Below are positions 19,296 to 28,839 of a stretch of 64,000 nt of DNA, piece after piece. The notes below the pieces were generated by a model. That model made no database searches. It saw only the letters and a list, made by a program, of their open reading frames with translations, and was not told the DNA's origin. The position numbers were made by a program, and so were the translations under genes. Source of the DNA: Candidatus Babeliales bacterium. Lineage in GTDB: Bacteria > Babelota > Babeliae > Babelales > JANWKD01. Positions within the stretch are counted from its first letter, which is position 1; the number at the start of each line of letters is the position of its first letter. The stretch lies in contig OY969622.1 in NCBI GenBank assembly GCA_963701665.1, positions 416,001 through 480,000 of the forward strand. Direction: 5' to 3'.

Positions 19296-19745
19296 ATGAA
19301 TTTTAAAAAAATAACCTTTTTGAGTCTATTATTATTTCCGATCATTTCATTTGCAGGTTTTGAAGAAATTCATGGACAACTAATTTGTATTTCTTATGAA
19401 GGTCTTCGTAATGAGATTAATGATTTCAAAAGGGAAGTTGAAGGAAAGTTGCATTTAAGTCAAACAGTAGCATTGTTCCAAGCTTCAATGAGTAAAGATG
19501 ATATTATGAAAAAATTGCCCTGCAATCGTACCTATACGATTTTACATTATTATAACGATATTAGGGATTATCAAGCTACAGCCGAACGAATAGTAACATT
19601 TTTAAAGAATGAGCGGGCTTTTCCAACTTTTACTATTAACATGGAGGAAACAGTTGAGAACCTGACGACTCTGGATGCTGCGATATGGAAACTTTTTTTT
19701 GAAGAACTTTGTGAATTAAATGAAAGAAAAATGAATGGAATTTAA
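19296..19745 (+). CDS. hypothetical exported protein
   Basis: MNFKK-hydrophobic-SFA signal peptide. Confidence 0.6.
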   Translation: MNFKKITFLSLLLFPIISFAGFEEIHGQLICISYEGLRNEINDFKREVEGKLHLSQTVALFQASMSKDDIMKKLPCNRTYTILHYYNDIRDYQATAERIVTFLKNERAFPTFTINMEETVENLTTLDAAIWKLFFEELCELNERKMNGI

Positions 19746-20352
19746 AAAATTAATTTTAGCAATCTTAGTAATTTCAATGTCTGCACAGTCAGTTGCTTTT
19801 GCTTTTGATATTAAAACAGAAGCGCAGAAATGCTTGGATTATTTACCAAAAAGTCCAGAAGCCAAGGTTGGATGTGCGTTAGGTGCATTCGGATTGGCAG
19901 TCGGTAGCGCTATTAGCTATTGTATATACAAAGAGTGTCAAAAAAAGAAAGCAGAAAAAGATTTTTGGAATAAAAAATCTGACTCAAAAATTGTAAAATT
20001 AGCTGCAGTTTTTATGCAAGATGTTGAAGATCGTTTGGCATCGCAGTTAGAAAAGCTACGTGGCTCTTCCCCTTGCATTAAAGCTAATTTGGCGACGTTA
20101 CAGTATGTGTGCGATCAGATTGAAACATGCCAAACTTGGCTAGAGCGTTTAACAAAAAGATCGCTTTTTGCGTGTGCCCAAAGAGTGAAAGATTTAGAAT
20201 CTGATCTTAAACAATTGAGAAACGAGATGGATATTTTCGTGAATAATGATTTTATTAAGCAATTCGAAACTCTATCTAATAAAGTACGTAATCAGCCTCC
20301 TGTCATTATTGCGTTTCCACCGTATCCCTATGGATACAATTATTGCTACTAA
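19735..20352 (+). CDS. hypothetical exported/membrane protein
   Basis: signal peptide, one TM helix, coiled coil. Confidence 0.6.
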   Translation: MEFKKLILAILVISMSAQSVAFAFDIKTEAQKCLDYLPKSPEAKVGCALGAFGLAVGSAISYCIYKECQKKKAEKDFWNKKSDSKIVKLAAVFMQDVEDRLASQLEKLRGSSPCIKANLATLQYVCDQIETCQTWLERLTKRSLFACAQRVKDLESDLKQLRNEMDIFVNNDFIKQFETLSNKVRNQPPVIIAFPPYPYGYNYCY

Positions 20353-20365
20353 GTTAGGAACATTT

Positions 20366-20776
20366 ATGATCTTTAAAAAATTTTTCTTGTTGTTTTCAAT
20401 CATGTCATGTGCAGTAGCATTTTCTAATAATGATGAAAAGCAGACTCGCTGGTATCACAAGAGTGATAAAGAAATTATTCAGATGCTTGAGGAAATTAAC
20501 ATAGCTCCCGAATTTAATCCGGCTATTTTATTAATGCGTATTAAAAATGCACAAAATAAAGAACAGGGGATCCGCGAAATACTTACTGAAATGAATTGTA
20601 ACATTGGTGAATATAGACATTTTATAGCAGATTGTTTTTGGAATTGCTGCGAAATTTGGGAAGTATTAACTGATAAAAATCTTCTTAATACTGCTGCGGG
20701 GTCTAAAATAACAGAACTCATGAGAAATTTTTATACGTTAGAACATGAATTGAAAACGTATGAACATGAACAATAA
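20366..20776 (+). CDS. hypothetical exported protein
   Basis: AGGA RBS before ATG 20366; MIFKK signal peptide. Confidence 0.6.
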   Translation: MIFKKFFLLFSIMSCAVAFSNNDEKQTRWYHKSDKEIIQMLEEINIAPEFNPAILLMRIKNAQNKEQGIREILTEMNCNIGEYRHFIADCFWNCCEIWEVLTDKNLLNTAAGSKITELMRNFYTLEHELKTYEHEQ

Positions 20777-21263
20777 AAAATACTTTATATTTGCGGTATT
20801 TCTTTTCTATGCTGTACCGATTTTCTCAAAAGTTACTTTTGAAAAGTCTGTATATGCAACTGCTGCTTATGATGATCACGAGGAATGGACTACTATCATC
20901 ATCATATTAGATGATGATAGAATTGGGTATATTACCTATGCCATTGATCGGTATGATGTAGCTGGTAACATTATCCCGCGTGAACAGTATGCAAAAGCAA
21001 CGAGTGCGCAGTGCACTGCATATATTAAATTCATTCTTATTGATGATAACTATCAAAAACAAGGTTTTGGAAAAAAATTGATCCTTGAAGCATTCAAAGA
21101 TATGAAAAGTAAGAAATGCACCTTAGTAACGCTCTTATCAAAAGGTGCAGCAATAGGATTTTACAAAAAAATAGGATTTACTACTGACGCACAAGAGGTG
21201 AAGCTTTTTATGGAGCTCTTTCATAGAAATGATTATATGCCAATGCGGTATGCCTTCAAATAA
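20760..21263 (+). CDS. GNAT acetyltransferase with signal peptide
   Basis: YQKQGFGKKL acetyl-CoA motif A; AIGFYKKIGF. Confidence 0.85.
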   Translation: MNMNNKKYFIFAVFLFYAVPIFSKVTFEKSVYATAAYDDHEEWTTIIIILDDDRIGYITYAIDRYDVAGNIIPREQYAKATSAQCTAYIKFILIDDNYQKQGFGKKLILEAFKDMKSKKCTLVTLLSKGAAIGFYKKIGFTTDAQEVKLFMELFHRNDYMPMRYAFK

Positions 21264-21291
21264 CAGTTTCTCGCCGCTATATAGTAATTAG

Positions 21292-21324
21292 AAAATAGCG
21301 ATGCAAAAAATGCATCGCTATTTT
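21292..21324. terminator. bidirectional terminator
   Basis: AAAATAGCGATGCA..TGCATCGCTATTTT between convergent genes. Confidence 0.75.
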
Positions 21325-22718
21325 TTTTGTTGCGTTAATACGTGCGCGCATTTATATACATTCCCAGCTCCTTGAAATAAGATCAAATCATCTGGTGCAA
21401 CGATTGCATCAAGATTTCGTTTCAATAATGAAAAATGTTCTTCATAAGGAACATAGGTAACTGAAAACCGTGGATGCCGTTTTTGAATCGCTTTTGCTAA
21501 ATTATGCGCGGTAATTTCTGGCAGCGGTGATTCACTCGCTGCATAAATATCAGTAATAATGAGATGATCAATGGGACTTTGAACGAGTGTATCGATAAAA
21601 AGATCCCACAAAGCGTACGTTCGCGTAAAGCGGTGAGGTTGAAAAACGACCGTAAGTTTTCCGGACGCGCGTTTGCGATGGAAGGCAACTTCGAGGGTAT
21701 TCTTAATTTCTTCCGGATGATGCCCATAGTCGTTGAAAATCTCTGCACCTTTATAGATGCCATTAAAACTGAAACGGCGTTCAACACCTTTGAAATTTGC
21801 TAATGCTTGTTTGATATCGGCAAATGGAATTTCAAGTTCTAAGCATACTGCAAGCGCAGCAAGCGCATTCTGCACATTGTGATTACCCGGCATGGGAATC
21901 GTGAGCTTTCCGAGCATCTGTTGCTGATAATATACGCAGCAGGTGGATTGATGTGGCTCTAACACAACATTGTTTGCCCGTATATCGGCTGCTGCATCCA
22001 ATCCGTATTTTACGATTTTTAAATGAGAGAGTGGTAATAGGGATCGTACATTTGCATTATCGATGCAGAGAAATGCTTTACCGTAAAAAGGAATGTTGTT
22101 GAGAAAGTGCTTAAAAGTATTTTTGATGTCATCGACATCACGATACACATCAAGATGTTCAGGGCTAATATTAGTAACCACGGCAAGTGTTGCTTGCAAA
22201 TGTACTAATGATTTGTCACTCTCATCTGCTTCAGCAACTAAAAAATCACCTGAACCAAATTGTGCATTGGTTGAAATAGTTTTTAAATGTCCGCCAATAA
22301 TAACGGTCGGATCTTTTTTAGTTTCGATAAGAATATGTGAGATAAGTGATGTGGTTGTTGTTTTACCATGGCTGCCAGCGATCGCAATGCTATATTTTGT
22401 GCGCATAAGTTCAGCTAACATCAATGCGCGCGGAATGGTAGGGATGGCACGCGCTTGTGCCGCACGTATTTCAGGGTTGTGCGCGTGAATGGCTGAAGAA
22501 TATACCACAATATCGATGCTTTCATCATGGCAAGAAGGGGTATTGTTTCCTTCATAAATTGCGCATCCAAGATTTTTTAAATCATGAATACTTTTTTGAT
22601 CGAGATCAATATCGCATCCTGAAATGGTATAGCCTTGATAGCGCAGAATTTTTGCAATGCCGCTCATGCCAATGCCGCCGATACCAACAAAATGAAGATG
22701 CACTTTTTTTCTATACAT
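21318..22718 (-). CDS. murC: UDP-N-acetylmuramate--L-alanine ligase
   Basis: GIGGIGMSGIA, GSHGKTTT, EADESD, DYGHHP, FQPHR. Confidence 0.96.
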   Translation of the reverse strand: MYRKKVHLHFVGIGGIGMSGIAKILRYQGYTISGCDIDLDQKSIHDLKNLGCAIYEGNNTPSCHDESIDIVVYSSAIHAHNPEIRAAQARAIPTIPRALMLAELMRTKYSIAIAGSHGKTTTTSLISHILIETKKDPTVIIGGHLKTISTNAQFGSGDFLVAEADESDKSLVHLQATLAVVTNISPEHLDVYRDVDDIKNTFKHFLNNIPFYGKAFLCIDNANVRSLLPLSHLKIVKYGLDAAADIRANNVVLEPHQSTCCVYYQQQMLGKLTIPMPGNHNVQNALAALAVCLELEIPFADIKQALANFKGVERRFSFNGIYKGAEIFNDYGHHPEEIKNTLEVAFHRKRASGKLTVVFQPHRFTRTYALWDLFIDTLVQSPIDHLIITDIYAASESPLPEITAHNLAKAIQKRHPRFSVTYVPYEEHFSLLKRNLDAIVAPDDLILFQGAGNVYKCAHVLTQQKK

Positions 22719-22871
22719 ACATGATTCCCAATTTTTATTTACAGATTAGTTGTTATAAAATAACAAAAATGTTTCTGTTCTACAAACTGACAACAATACT
22801 ATAGAGGTTGATTAGCTGAGAGAATCCATAGAAATATCCAGTGCGCATGGAAATATGCTTAGGGAAATGTT

Positions 22872-22960
22872 GTCATTCTGAGACAACGAAGTTGTCGTAG
22901 GAATCCAATCTGATAAGGATTTTCATTTTAAAGACTGGATCCCTACGTCGCTATGCTCCT
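22872..22960 (+). repeat. REP-like doublet interrupted by IS110 (continues at 24160-24168)
   Basis: GTCATTCTGAG..GAATCCA, then TGGATCCCTACGTCGCTATGCTCCT | CAGGATGAC after the IS. Confidence 0.9.
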
Positions 22961-22974
22961 TGTATGTTAAAACA

Positions 22975-23184
22975 AAAAGCATTTAAGAGTAAATTGTGAT
23001 AATTTAAGAATGAAATATTGTTTAATATCGGTTGTTTGAGAAAAGCTGATAGATCTCGTCACGCTCCTGGTTTAGAAGAACCGTTCCTGAGTTTGAGACT
23101 ATCAGCTTACACAAAATTACCTCGAACAATCACTAGAGACGTATTAGGTATACGATCTCGTATGTTTACAAGGCTGAGGTATTT
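22975..23184 (+). ncRNA. predicted IS110 bridge RNA
   Basis: two stem-loops with internal loops carrying target guides (ACGCTCCT, TCCTGAG) and donor guides (ACAATCACT, TACAAG); 5' end estimated from the junction promoter. Confidence 0.85.
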
Positions 23185-24126
23185 ATGAAAAACATAGCAG
23201 AAGTATATGTAGGTGTCGATATTTCAAAAAATAATCTCGATATTTATGTGTATCCTATAGGAAAATTCTTTAAAGTAGCTAACTCAGAAGTTGGCATACA
23301 GAACATAATCAAGGAATTAGCTCACTATCAAGTTACACAAATTGCCTGTGAAGCAACAGGTGGCTATGAACAATTACTTGCCCAATTACTCAAAAAGAAC
23401 CGATATTCACTTTGGATCGTTGATCCACGAAGGATAAAAGCTTTTATTATAGCTACTGGCTGTAAAAGTAAAACCGATAAAATTGATGCTAAAAAAATTG
23501 CTGAATTCGCTTCTAAAAATTCTCCTAGTTACGAGATTGTTAACAAAAGTGAGAATCAGCATAAACTACAAGCTCTAGTTAACCGTAAAAATGATTTAGT
23601 AAAATTTTTAGCTGCTGAGAAAACACGACTTAAACATCCTTCTCACGTATTATATGTTCCTGATATAAAAAGATTTATTGCACTCTTAGAAAGTGAAATT
23701 AAATCAATTGAGTCTCGAATACAGGATTTAGTCAAAGATGATGAAGAGTTACATACAAAATCAAACATTTTGGAATCAATCCCAGGAATCGGTAAAGCTA
23801 CAGCTGCAACATTACTTTCTTTTGTCCCTGAGCTTGGGCAGTTAAGCGACAAAAAAATATCCGCTCTAATTGGTGTCTGTCCTTATGACAATGAAAGCGG
23901 CAATTACAAAGGCAAAAAATTTATTAAGCATGGCAGGCATATTCCTCGTAAAGCACTTTATATGTGTGCATTGACCACGGTAAAGCACCATCTTCCTTTA
24001 AGGGAATTTTACCAGCGATTAATGGATGCTAAAAAACCTTTTAAAGTAGCTATCGTTGCTATTATGCATAAGCTCATTATAATTGCCAATGCTCTATTAA
24101 AAAGGGGCGAGTTATGTAGAGCTTGA
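23185..24126 (+). CDS. IS110 recombinase/transposase (DEDD RuvC plus Tnp domain)
   Basis: VGVDISK, CEATGGY, KTDKIDA, SIPGIG, NESG. Confidence 0.95.
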   Translation: MKNIAEVYVGVDISKNNLDIYVYPIGKFFKVANSEVGIQNIIKELAHYQVTQIACEATGGYEQLLAQLLKKNRYSLWIVDPRRIKAFIIATGCKSKTDKIDAKKIAEFASKNSPSYEIVNKSENQHKLQALVNRKNDLVKFLAAEKTRLKHPSHVLYVPDIKRFIALLESEIKSIESRIQDLVKDDEELHTKSNILESIPGIGKATAATLLSFVPELGQLSDKKISALIGVCPYDNESGNYKGKKFIKHGRHIPRKALYMCALTTVKHHLPLREFYQRLMDAKKPFKVAIVAIMHKLIIIANALLKRGELCRA

Positions 24127-24229
24127 CTATAAAAATATTTGACTTTTAACACAATCACTCAGGATGACATCCACCAGTTTAAAATGTTACTTTGCTAATG
24201 CTTATGCTCACTATGGGCAGATACATTAC

Positions 24230-24586
24230 TTACAGTAATTCGCGTATTTTTAATAATTTTTGTCGGAGTTCAATAAGTTGTTCAACGGATACTGAAAGCA
24301 CGTTTGTTTGGTTTGACTCCATCGTAGTTTTTGAAGCGAACAAAGCGTGATTTTTTCCCAATTTTAATGCCTCTTTTGCACCCGCTATGGTAAACTTTTT
24401 TTCATAGAGAAGTTCTTTAATCTTACTGAACGTTTTTAGATCTTTTTCTTGATAGAAGCGCTGGCCACCTTCTGAGCGCGAAGAATGTACATTGAATTCT
24501 TTCTCCCAGAAGCGAATTACAAAGCGTTCAACGTTGAGGTGTTGTGCAAGTTCTCCAATACGAAATTGTCGTTTGTTCATTTTCAT
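24230..24586 (-). CDS. MerR-family HTH regulator
   Basis: FRIGELA..VIRFWEKEF..GGQRFY..LLYEKKFTIAGAK. Confidence 0.88.
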   Translation of the reverse strand: MKMNKRQFRIGELAQHLNVERFVIRFWEKEFNVHSSRSEGGQRFYQEKDLKTFSKIKELLYEKKFTIAGAKEALKLGKNHALFASKTTMESNQTNVLSVSVEQLIELRQKLLKIRELL

Positions 24587-24748
24587 AAATACTCTTCCTT
24601 TTTTAAAAGACCTTGTTTTTTTATATAGCTCAAAATTTAAGTTTTGTATATAAAGATCATCCTTTTGCACTGGATCAAACAGGGAATCTTTGCTATTCTA
24701 ACTATACTTTGTTTTTCATCCCCGCTATTTTCACTCATAAGGATTTAT

Positions 24749-26266
24749 ATGAATATTAGAGAATTGTTGATTGTGTTACCTTTGGCGATTTTGACGAGTT
24801 TGGGGATACAATACTTCTTTGGTATACGCAAGGAAGTCCCAACAATTCAGGAAGATCAAAGACCCCTCAATCTCAATGTTACGTTTGTTGAGAAAAAAAA
24901 TCCTAAAAAACCGGTTATTACTGAGTTTGAAACAGAGCATGCGCGGTATAAATTCTCCACTGAAGGTGCATCACTTGAAAATGTAGAATTTAAGCGCAAT
25001 TGGGGTGGTAAAGAAGGGTATCTGACAACTATCTTCCCGCCGGATGCTGAGAACAAGGCTGATCGAGCATTTTTTGTTGCATTGCCGGATGCTACGCCCT
25101 ATTATTTCGATCTCGTTGATAAACAAGTATTTGATGATCGCATTGAAATTTCGTACAGCGCAGCATTTAATGATGGGATAATGCGCAAAAAGTTCGTCGT
25201 ATACAAAAATCTTTTCAAAATAGATCTTATTATTTCTCTAGAGCCAAAAAACGCTAACGGCACTCAGTTACGCATGTTCTTACCTGCGCCTATTGTGCCG
25301 GAATTGAGAAGCAAAGATATTCTTAAAGGCCTAGCTGGCGATGCGAATGATACCATCACGAGTGTTGCAATCACCGATGCGAGTGCAAAATCGTGGCGTA
25401 CGCCGACACTATTTGGCGCTCAAGATCGTTATTTTGTACATGCGTGTGTGGCTGATGAGAACAATTTTATTGATCGAGGGTATTTCAATGTTGTTGATGA
25501 GCACCATCTTTTTGCGATTTTAGAAAGTCCAGAAGTGCGTGAACCCTCAACATGGACACTTTCATTTTATGTAGGGCCTAAAGAAGATGAAGCACTCGTT
25601 GCTGTAGACCCTCGTTTAGAACAAACGCTCAACTACGGTTGGTTTGGGAGAATCTCTCGTCCTGTTTCAAAAATATTATTGCACATTTTAAAACGTATCT
25701 ATGACTATTGTCATAATTATGGCATTGCCATTATTATTTTGACCTTCTTGATGAAAATTATATTGTTTCCTTTTACGTATAAAAGTGAGCAAGGCCTTAA
25801 GAAAGGCATGGAATATCAAAAGAAGATGGAGCATTTGCAGCACAAATACAAGCATGATAAAGAAGGGTTGCGCATTGCACAAGCAGAATTAATTCGAAAG
25901 CATGGTATCCCAGGTATTGGCAGTTGTTTGCCTATGCTGTTATTACAAATGCCGCTTTTTATAGCATTAGGCTGGGTTATTTCTAACTCGATTGAATTAT
26001 TTATGGCACCGTTTTTATGGATCCACGATTTATCAACGCCTGATCCTTACTATATTTTGCCCGTATTGATTCTACTATCGATGATGTTTCATACACCAAC
26101 TGCTGGTGCAGCGAACGATCCAAAGAAGCGCGTTTCAACATTTGCGACTGCATTACTTTTTGCCGCATTTGCGACTACCGTTTCTGCTGGGTTAGGTTTG
26201 TATCTTTTTACAAGCACAGCGTTGGGAGTAGCCCAAGCACAGCTAACAAAGAGATTCTTTTCATGA
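24749..26266 (+). CDS. yidC: membrane protein insertase YidC
   Basis: FYVGPK, YGWF, NYGIAIIILT, CLPMLLLQMP, WIHDLSTPDPYYILP; AAGGA RBS before 24749. Confidence 0.93.
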   Translation: MNIRELLIVLPLAILTSLGIQYFFGIRKEVPTIQEDQRPLNLNVTFVEKKNPKKPVITEFETEHARYKFSTEGASLENVEFKRNWGGKEGYLTTIFPPDAENKADRAFFVALPDATPYYFDLVDKQVFDDRIEISYSAAFNDGIMRKKFVVYKNLFKIDLIISLEPKNANGTQLRMFLPAPIVPELRSKDILKGLAGDANDTITSVAITDASAKSWRTPTLFGAQDRYFVHACVADENNFIDRGYFNVVDEHHLFAILESPEVREPSTWTLSFYVGPKEDEALVAVDPRLEQTLNYGWFGRISRPVSKILLHILKRIYDYCHNYGIAIIILTFLMKIILFPFTYKSEQGLKKGMEYQKKMEHLQHKYKHDKEGLRIAQAELIRKHGIPGIGSCLPMLLLQMPLFIALGWVISNSIELFMAPFLWIHDLSTPDPYYILPVLILLSMMFHTPTAGAANDPKKRVSTFATALLFAAFATTVSAGLGLYLFTSTALGVAQAQLTKRFFS

Positions 26267-26862
26267 TTGAACAGTTGCCGCCATTAGTACATCTGATAAA
26301 GCATCTTCAACAAGTTCCTTATTTGGCATCAAAAAATATTTTTCGTGTTGCTAACTACTTATTGTCAATGGATGCTGCCAAAGCTGAACAGTTTTGTAAA
26401 GCGATTTTAATGGCACAGCAAGAAATAGTGCGTTGTGACTTGTGTTGTACGTGGAAAGAGCGTTCAAAGAAATGTTTATTTTGTGCCTCACCAAAACGCG
26501 ATCAAAGTGTGATCTGCGTGGTGGAAACATGGCAAGAATTAATGACGATTGAAAAGACGGGCGGCTATCAAGGCGTGTATCATGTTCTTGGTGGTGTGAT
26601 TTCGCCACTCGACGGTATTGGCCCGGAAGATTTGACAGTTGATCATTTAGTACGACGTATTAATGATGATGTGAAAGAAGTTATTTTAGCAACGAATCAA
26701 ACGCCGGAAGGTGAAGCGACAGCGGCGTATCTTGCAAGTAAGCTTAAGAAATTTTCTATTACGCTTTCATGTTTAGCGCGCGGTATTCCGGTTGGTTCTT
26801 CACTTGAATTTATGGATCGCTTGACGGTGTATAAAGCATTATCCGAGCGAAGACCTTTTTAG
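26263..26862 (+). CDS. recR: recombination protein RecR
   Basis: C4 zinc finger, YHVLGGVISPLDGIGP, EGEATA. Confidence 0.96.
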   Translation: MIEQLPPLVHLIKHLQQVPYLASKNIFRVANYLLSMDAAKAEQFCKAILMAQQEIVRCDLCCTWKERSKKCLFCASPKRDQSVICVVETWQELMTIEKTGGYQGVYHVLGGVISPLDGIGPEDLTVDHLVRRINDDVKEVILATNQTPEGEATAAYLASKLKKFSITLSCLARGIPVGSSLEFMDRLTVYKALSERRPF

Positions 26863-26863
26863 T

Positions 26864-26970
26864 GTCTTCCCGAGGAGCGAAGCGACGTGGGGATCCAGAA
26901 CTTTAATAAATCCTTAAGGAATTAATTTTATAATCTGGGTTGCCACGCCACATACGTGGCTCGCAATGAC
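26864..26970 (+). repeat. REP-like palindromic doublet
   Basis: GTCTTCCCGAGGAGCGAAGCGACGTGGGGATCCA ... TGCCACG..CTCGCAATGAC. Confidence 0.9.
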
Positions 26971-27024
26971 AGTTTGTTAGCAATGTTATTTTGGTTTAGA
27001 GAAATTTTTGTGCTTCAAGTAAAG

Positions 27025-27047
27025 AAGGCGGTTTTTAAAACCGCCTT
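27025..27047. terminator. intrinsic terminator
   Basis: AAGGCGGTTTT-T-AAAACCGCCTT. Confidence 0.75.
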
Positions 27048-27055
27048 TTAACTTA

Positions 27056-27295
27056 TTATGGAGTATATCCACATTCTTGACTCCCAAGGTCACCATGCAC
27101 TTTACAGTTATTACAAGCTCTGCAGCATTCAGGGGTTATCCCCGTTTTTGAGTTACAACATTGTGCACAATCTATTTCAGTGAACGCGCAATTTCCATTG
27201 TTACAATTTTGTGATTTTCGTACATTTTTAGCATCAAGCGTAATAAACGTTGCACAGGTTAGCAAACCAAGGAGTAGTATATAACATTTCTTCAT
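27056..27295 (-). CDS. small secreted cysteine-rich protein
   Basis: AGGAG RBS, signal peptide, 10 Cys in the mature region. Confidence 0.7.
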   Translation of the reverse strand: MKKCYILLLGLLTCATFITLDAKNVRKSQNCNNGNCAFTEIDCAQCCNSKTGITPECCRACNNCKVHGDLGSQECGYTP

Positions 27296-27540
27296 AGGTG
27301 CTCCTTTTTCAATATTGCGGTAATGTGCTCAGAGTTGGCACAAAACCACGTCTTGAGGGCCTTGCCTGGAAAAGGTAAGGCGCTCCTTACTATAAGTATA
27401 TTCTATCTGAAATAATAAAAGCAATAGTTTAGGGGGATAGCTAAAATTGGGAAATTGTACTATTTTTATTGGTAGCAAAAAGAACATACCAGTGATAGGT
27501 TAAATCAAATAATAATCATGATTTTAAAAGGATTTTTTTA

Positions 27541-28839
27541 ATGCCAGTACGTTATACTGCATCATCTGCAGCCTATAAAAATCGTCGTGAAGAATTACAA
27601 ACTCTTGTCAAAAAAATGTACCCCGAAAAAAAAGGGCTCATTATGCTGTTTGCACAGTTCGAGCCACAAAGTGCCCCTTTTAAACAAGATCCCTCGTTTT
27701 ATTATTATACCGGCGTGCATGAACCTGCGGCTGTACTTACACTCGATGTTGAATCGGGAAAATCAATACTATTTGTTCCTAACTTTGGTACTGAACGCGT
27801 GAAGTGGATTGCTGATGCACTCGTTCCTTCTGAAAAACGCGCGCATGAACTTGAGGTTGATGCACTCGAGTATTTGGGAGACATATGTGCCGGCTATACG
27901 ATGTATCCTTTTTTTGAAAAACGTGAATATGCAAATGTTTTGGACCTTATAAAAAAATATTGCGATGAAGAACAAACTATTTTTGTATGCAATCCGTTTC
28001 GCTCGCACGCGTACGTTAATCAAAAATTTATGATCGATCGCATTACGCATTTTGTTCCCGAGCTTTCTGCTGCGAGCGCTGATATTTCTTCGTTAGTTGC
28101 CCTGATGCGCAGGAAAAAATCTCATGAAGAACTTGAACTTATGTATAAAGCAATCACCATAACGAGTGATGCGCAGGAAACCGCTGCACAGCTGATTAAA
28201 CCCAATGTGATCGAATACGAAGTGCAAGCTGGTATTGAATATACGTTTATTGCATCCGGCGGTTCACTCGCCTTTCCAAGCATTGTTGGTGCGGGAATAA
28301 ATTCTACTATTCTTCATTATCATGATAATAATGCCACCATGAAATCAGGTGATTTAGTAGTTGTCGATATTGGTGCACAATTTAATGCCTACTGTGCCGA
28401 TCTGACGCGTACTTATCCTGTATCAGGAAGTTTCACCAAACGGCAACGTGAGATTTACGATCTCGTTCTTGACACGCAAGAGTATATAGCGAGTGTTGCA
28501 AAACCAGGCATGTGGCTTTCTCATAAAGATCATCCCGAGCAATCGCTCAATCATTTAGCAAAAAAATATTTACAGGAAAAAGGGTATGGGGACTATTTTC
28601 TCCATGGCATAGGCCATTTTCTAGGGTTAGATGTCCATGATGTCGGTGATTATACCATTCCATTGCAGACAGGGGACGTTATTACTATCGAACCGGGTAT
28701 TTATATTGCCAAGGAGGCACTTGGCGTACGCATAGAAGATAACTATTGGGTAGTGGACGATGGAGTGGTCTGTTTGAGCGAAAATCTCCCCAAAACAGCT
28801 AATGAAATTGAAGCTATGATGAAAAACAGGGAACTATAG
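27541..28839 (+). CDS. pepP: Xaa-Pro aminopeptidase (M24B)
   Basis: ILHY, DIGA, DLTRT, HGIGHFLGLDVHD, TIEPG, GVRIED. Confidence 0.93.
   Translation: MPVRYTASSAAYKNRREELQTLVKKMYPEKKGLIMLFAQFEPQSAPFKQDPSFYYYTGVHEPAAVLTLDVESGKSILFVPNFGTERVKWIADALVPSEKRAHELEVDALEYLGDICAGYTMYPFFEKREYANVLDLIKKYCDEEQTIFVCNPFRSHAYVNQKFMIDRITHFVPELSAASADISSLVALMRRKKSHEELELMYKAITITSDAQETAAQLIKPNVIEYEVQAGIEYTFIASGGSLAFPSIVGAGINSTILHYHDNNATMKSGDLVVVDIGAQFNAYCADLTRTYPVSGSFTKRQREIYDLVLDTQEYIASVAKPGMWLSHKDHPEQSLNHLAKKYLQEKGYGDYFLHGIGHFLGLDVHDVGDYTIPLQTGDVITIEPGIYIAKEALGVRIEDNYWVVDDGVVCLSENLPKTANEIEAMMKNREL

Larger units (their letters stand above)
22961..24159 (+). mobile_element. IS110-family insertion sequence (IS621-like), CT core
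   Basis: removing 22961-24159 restores the REP unit; CT at both ends; subterminal IR TGTTAAAA (22965-72) / TTTTAACA (24144-51). Confidence 0.92.

Noticed and set aside
22961..24159. DDE-type IS with terminal inverted repeats and target duplication
   Set aside because: The protein is a DEDD IS110 recombinase; only a CT core and short subterminal inverted repeats are present.
24644..24748. Extended N-termini of yidC and the MerR gene in the ORF track
   Set aside because: They overlap each other; better RBS-supported starts lie at 24749 and 24586.
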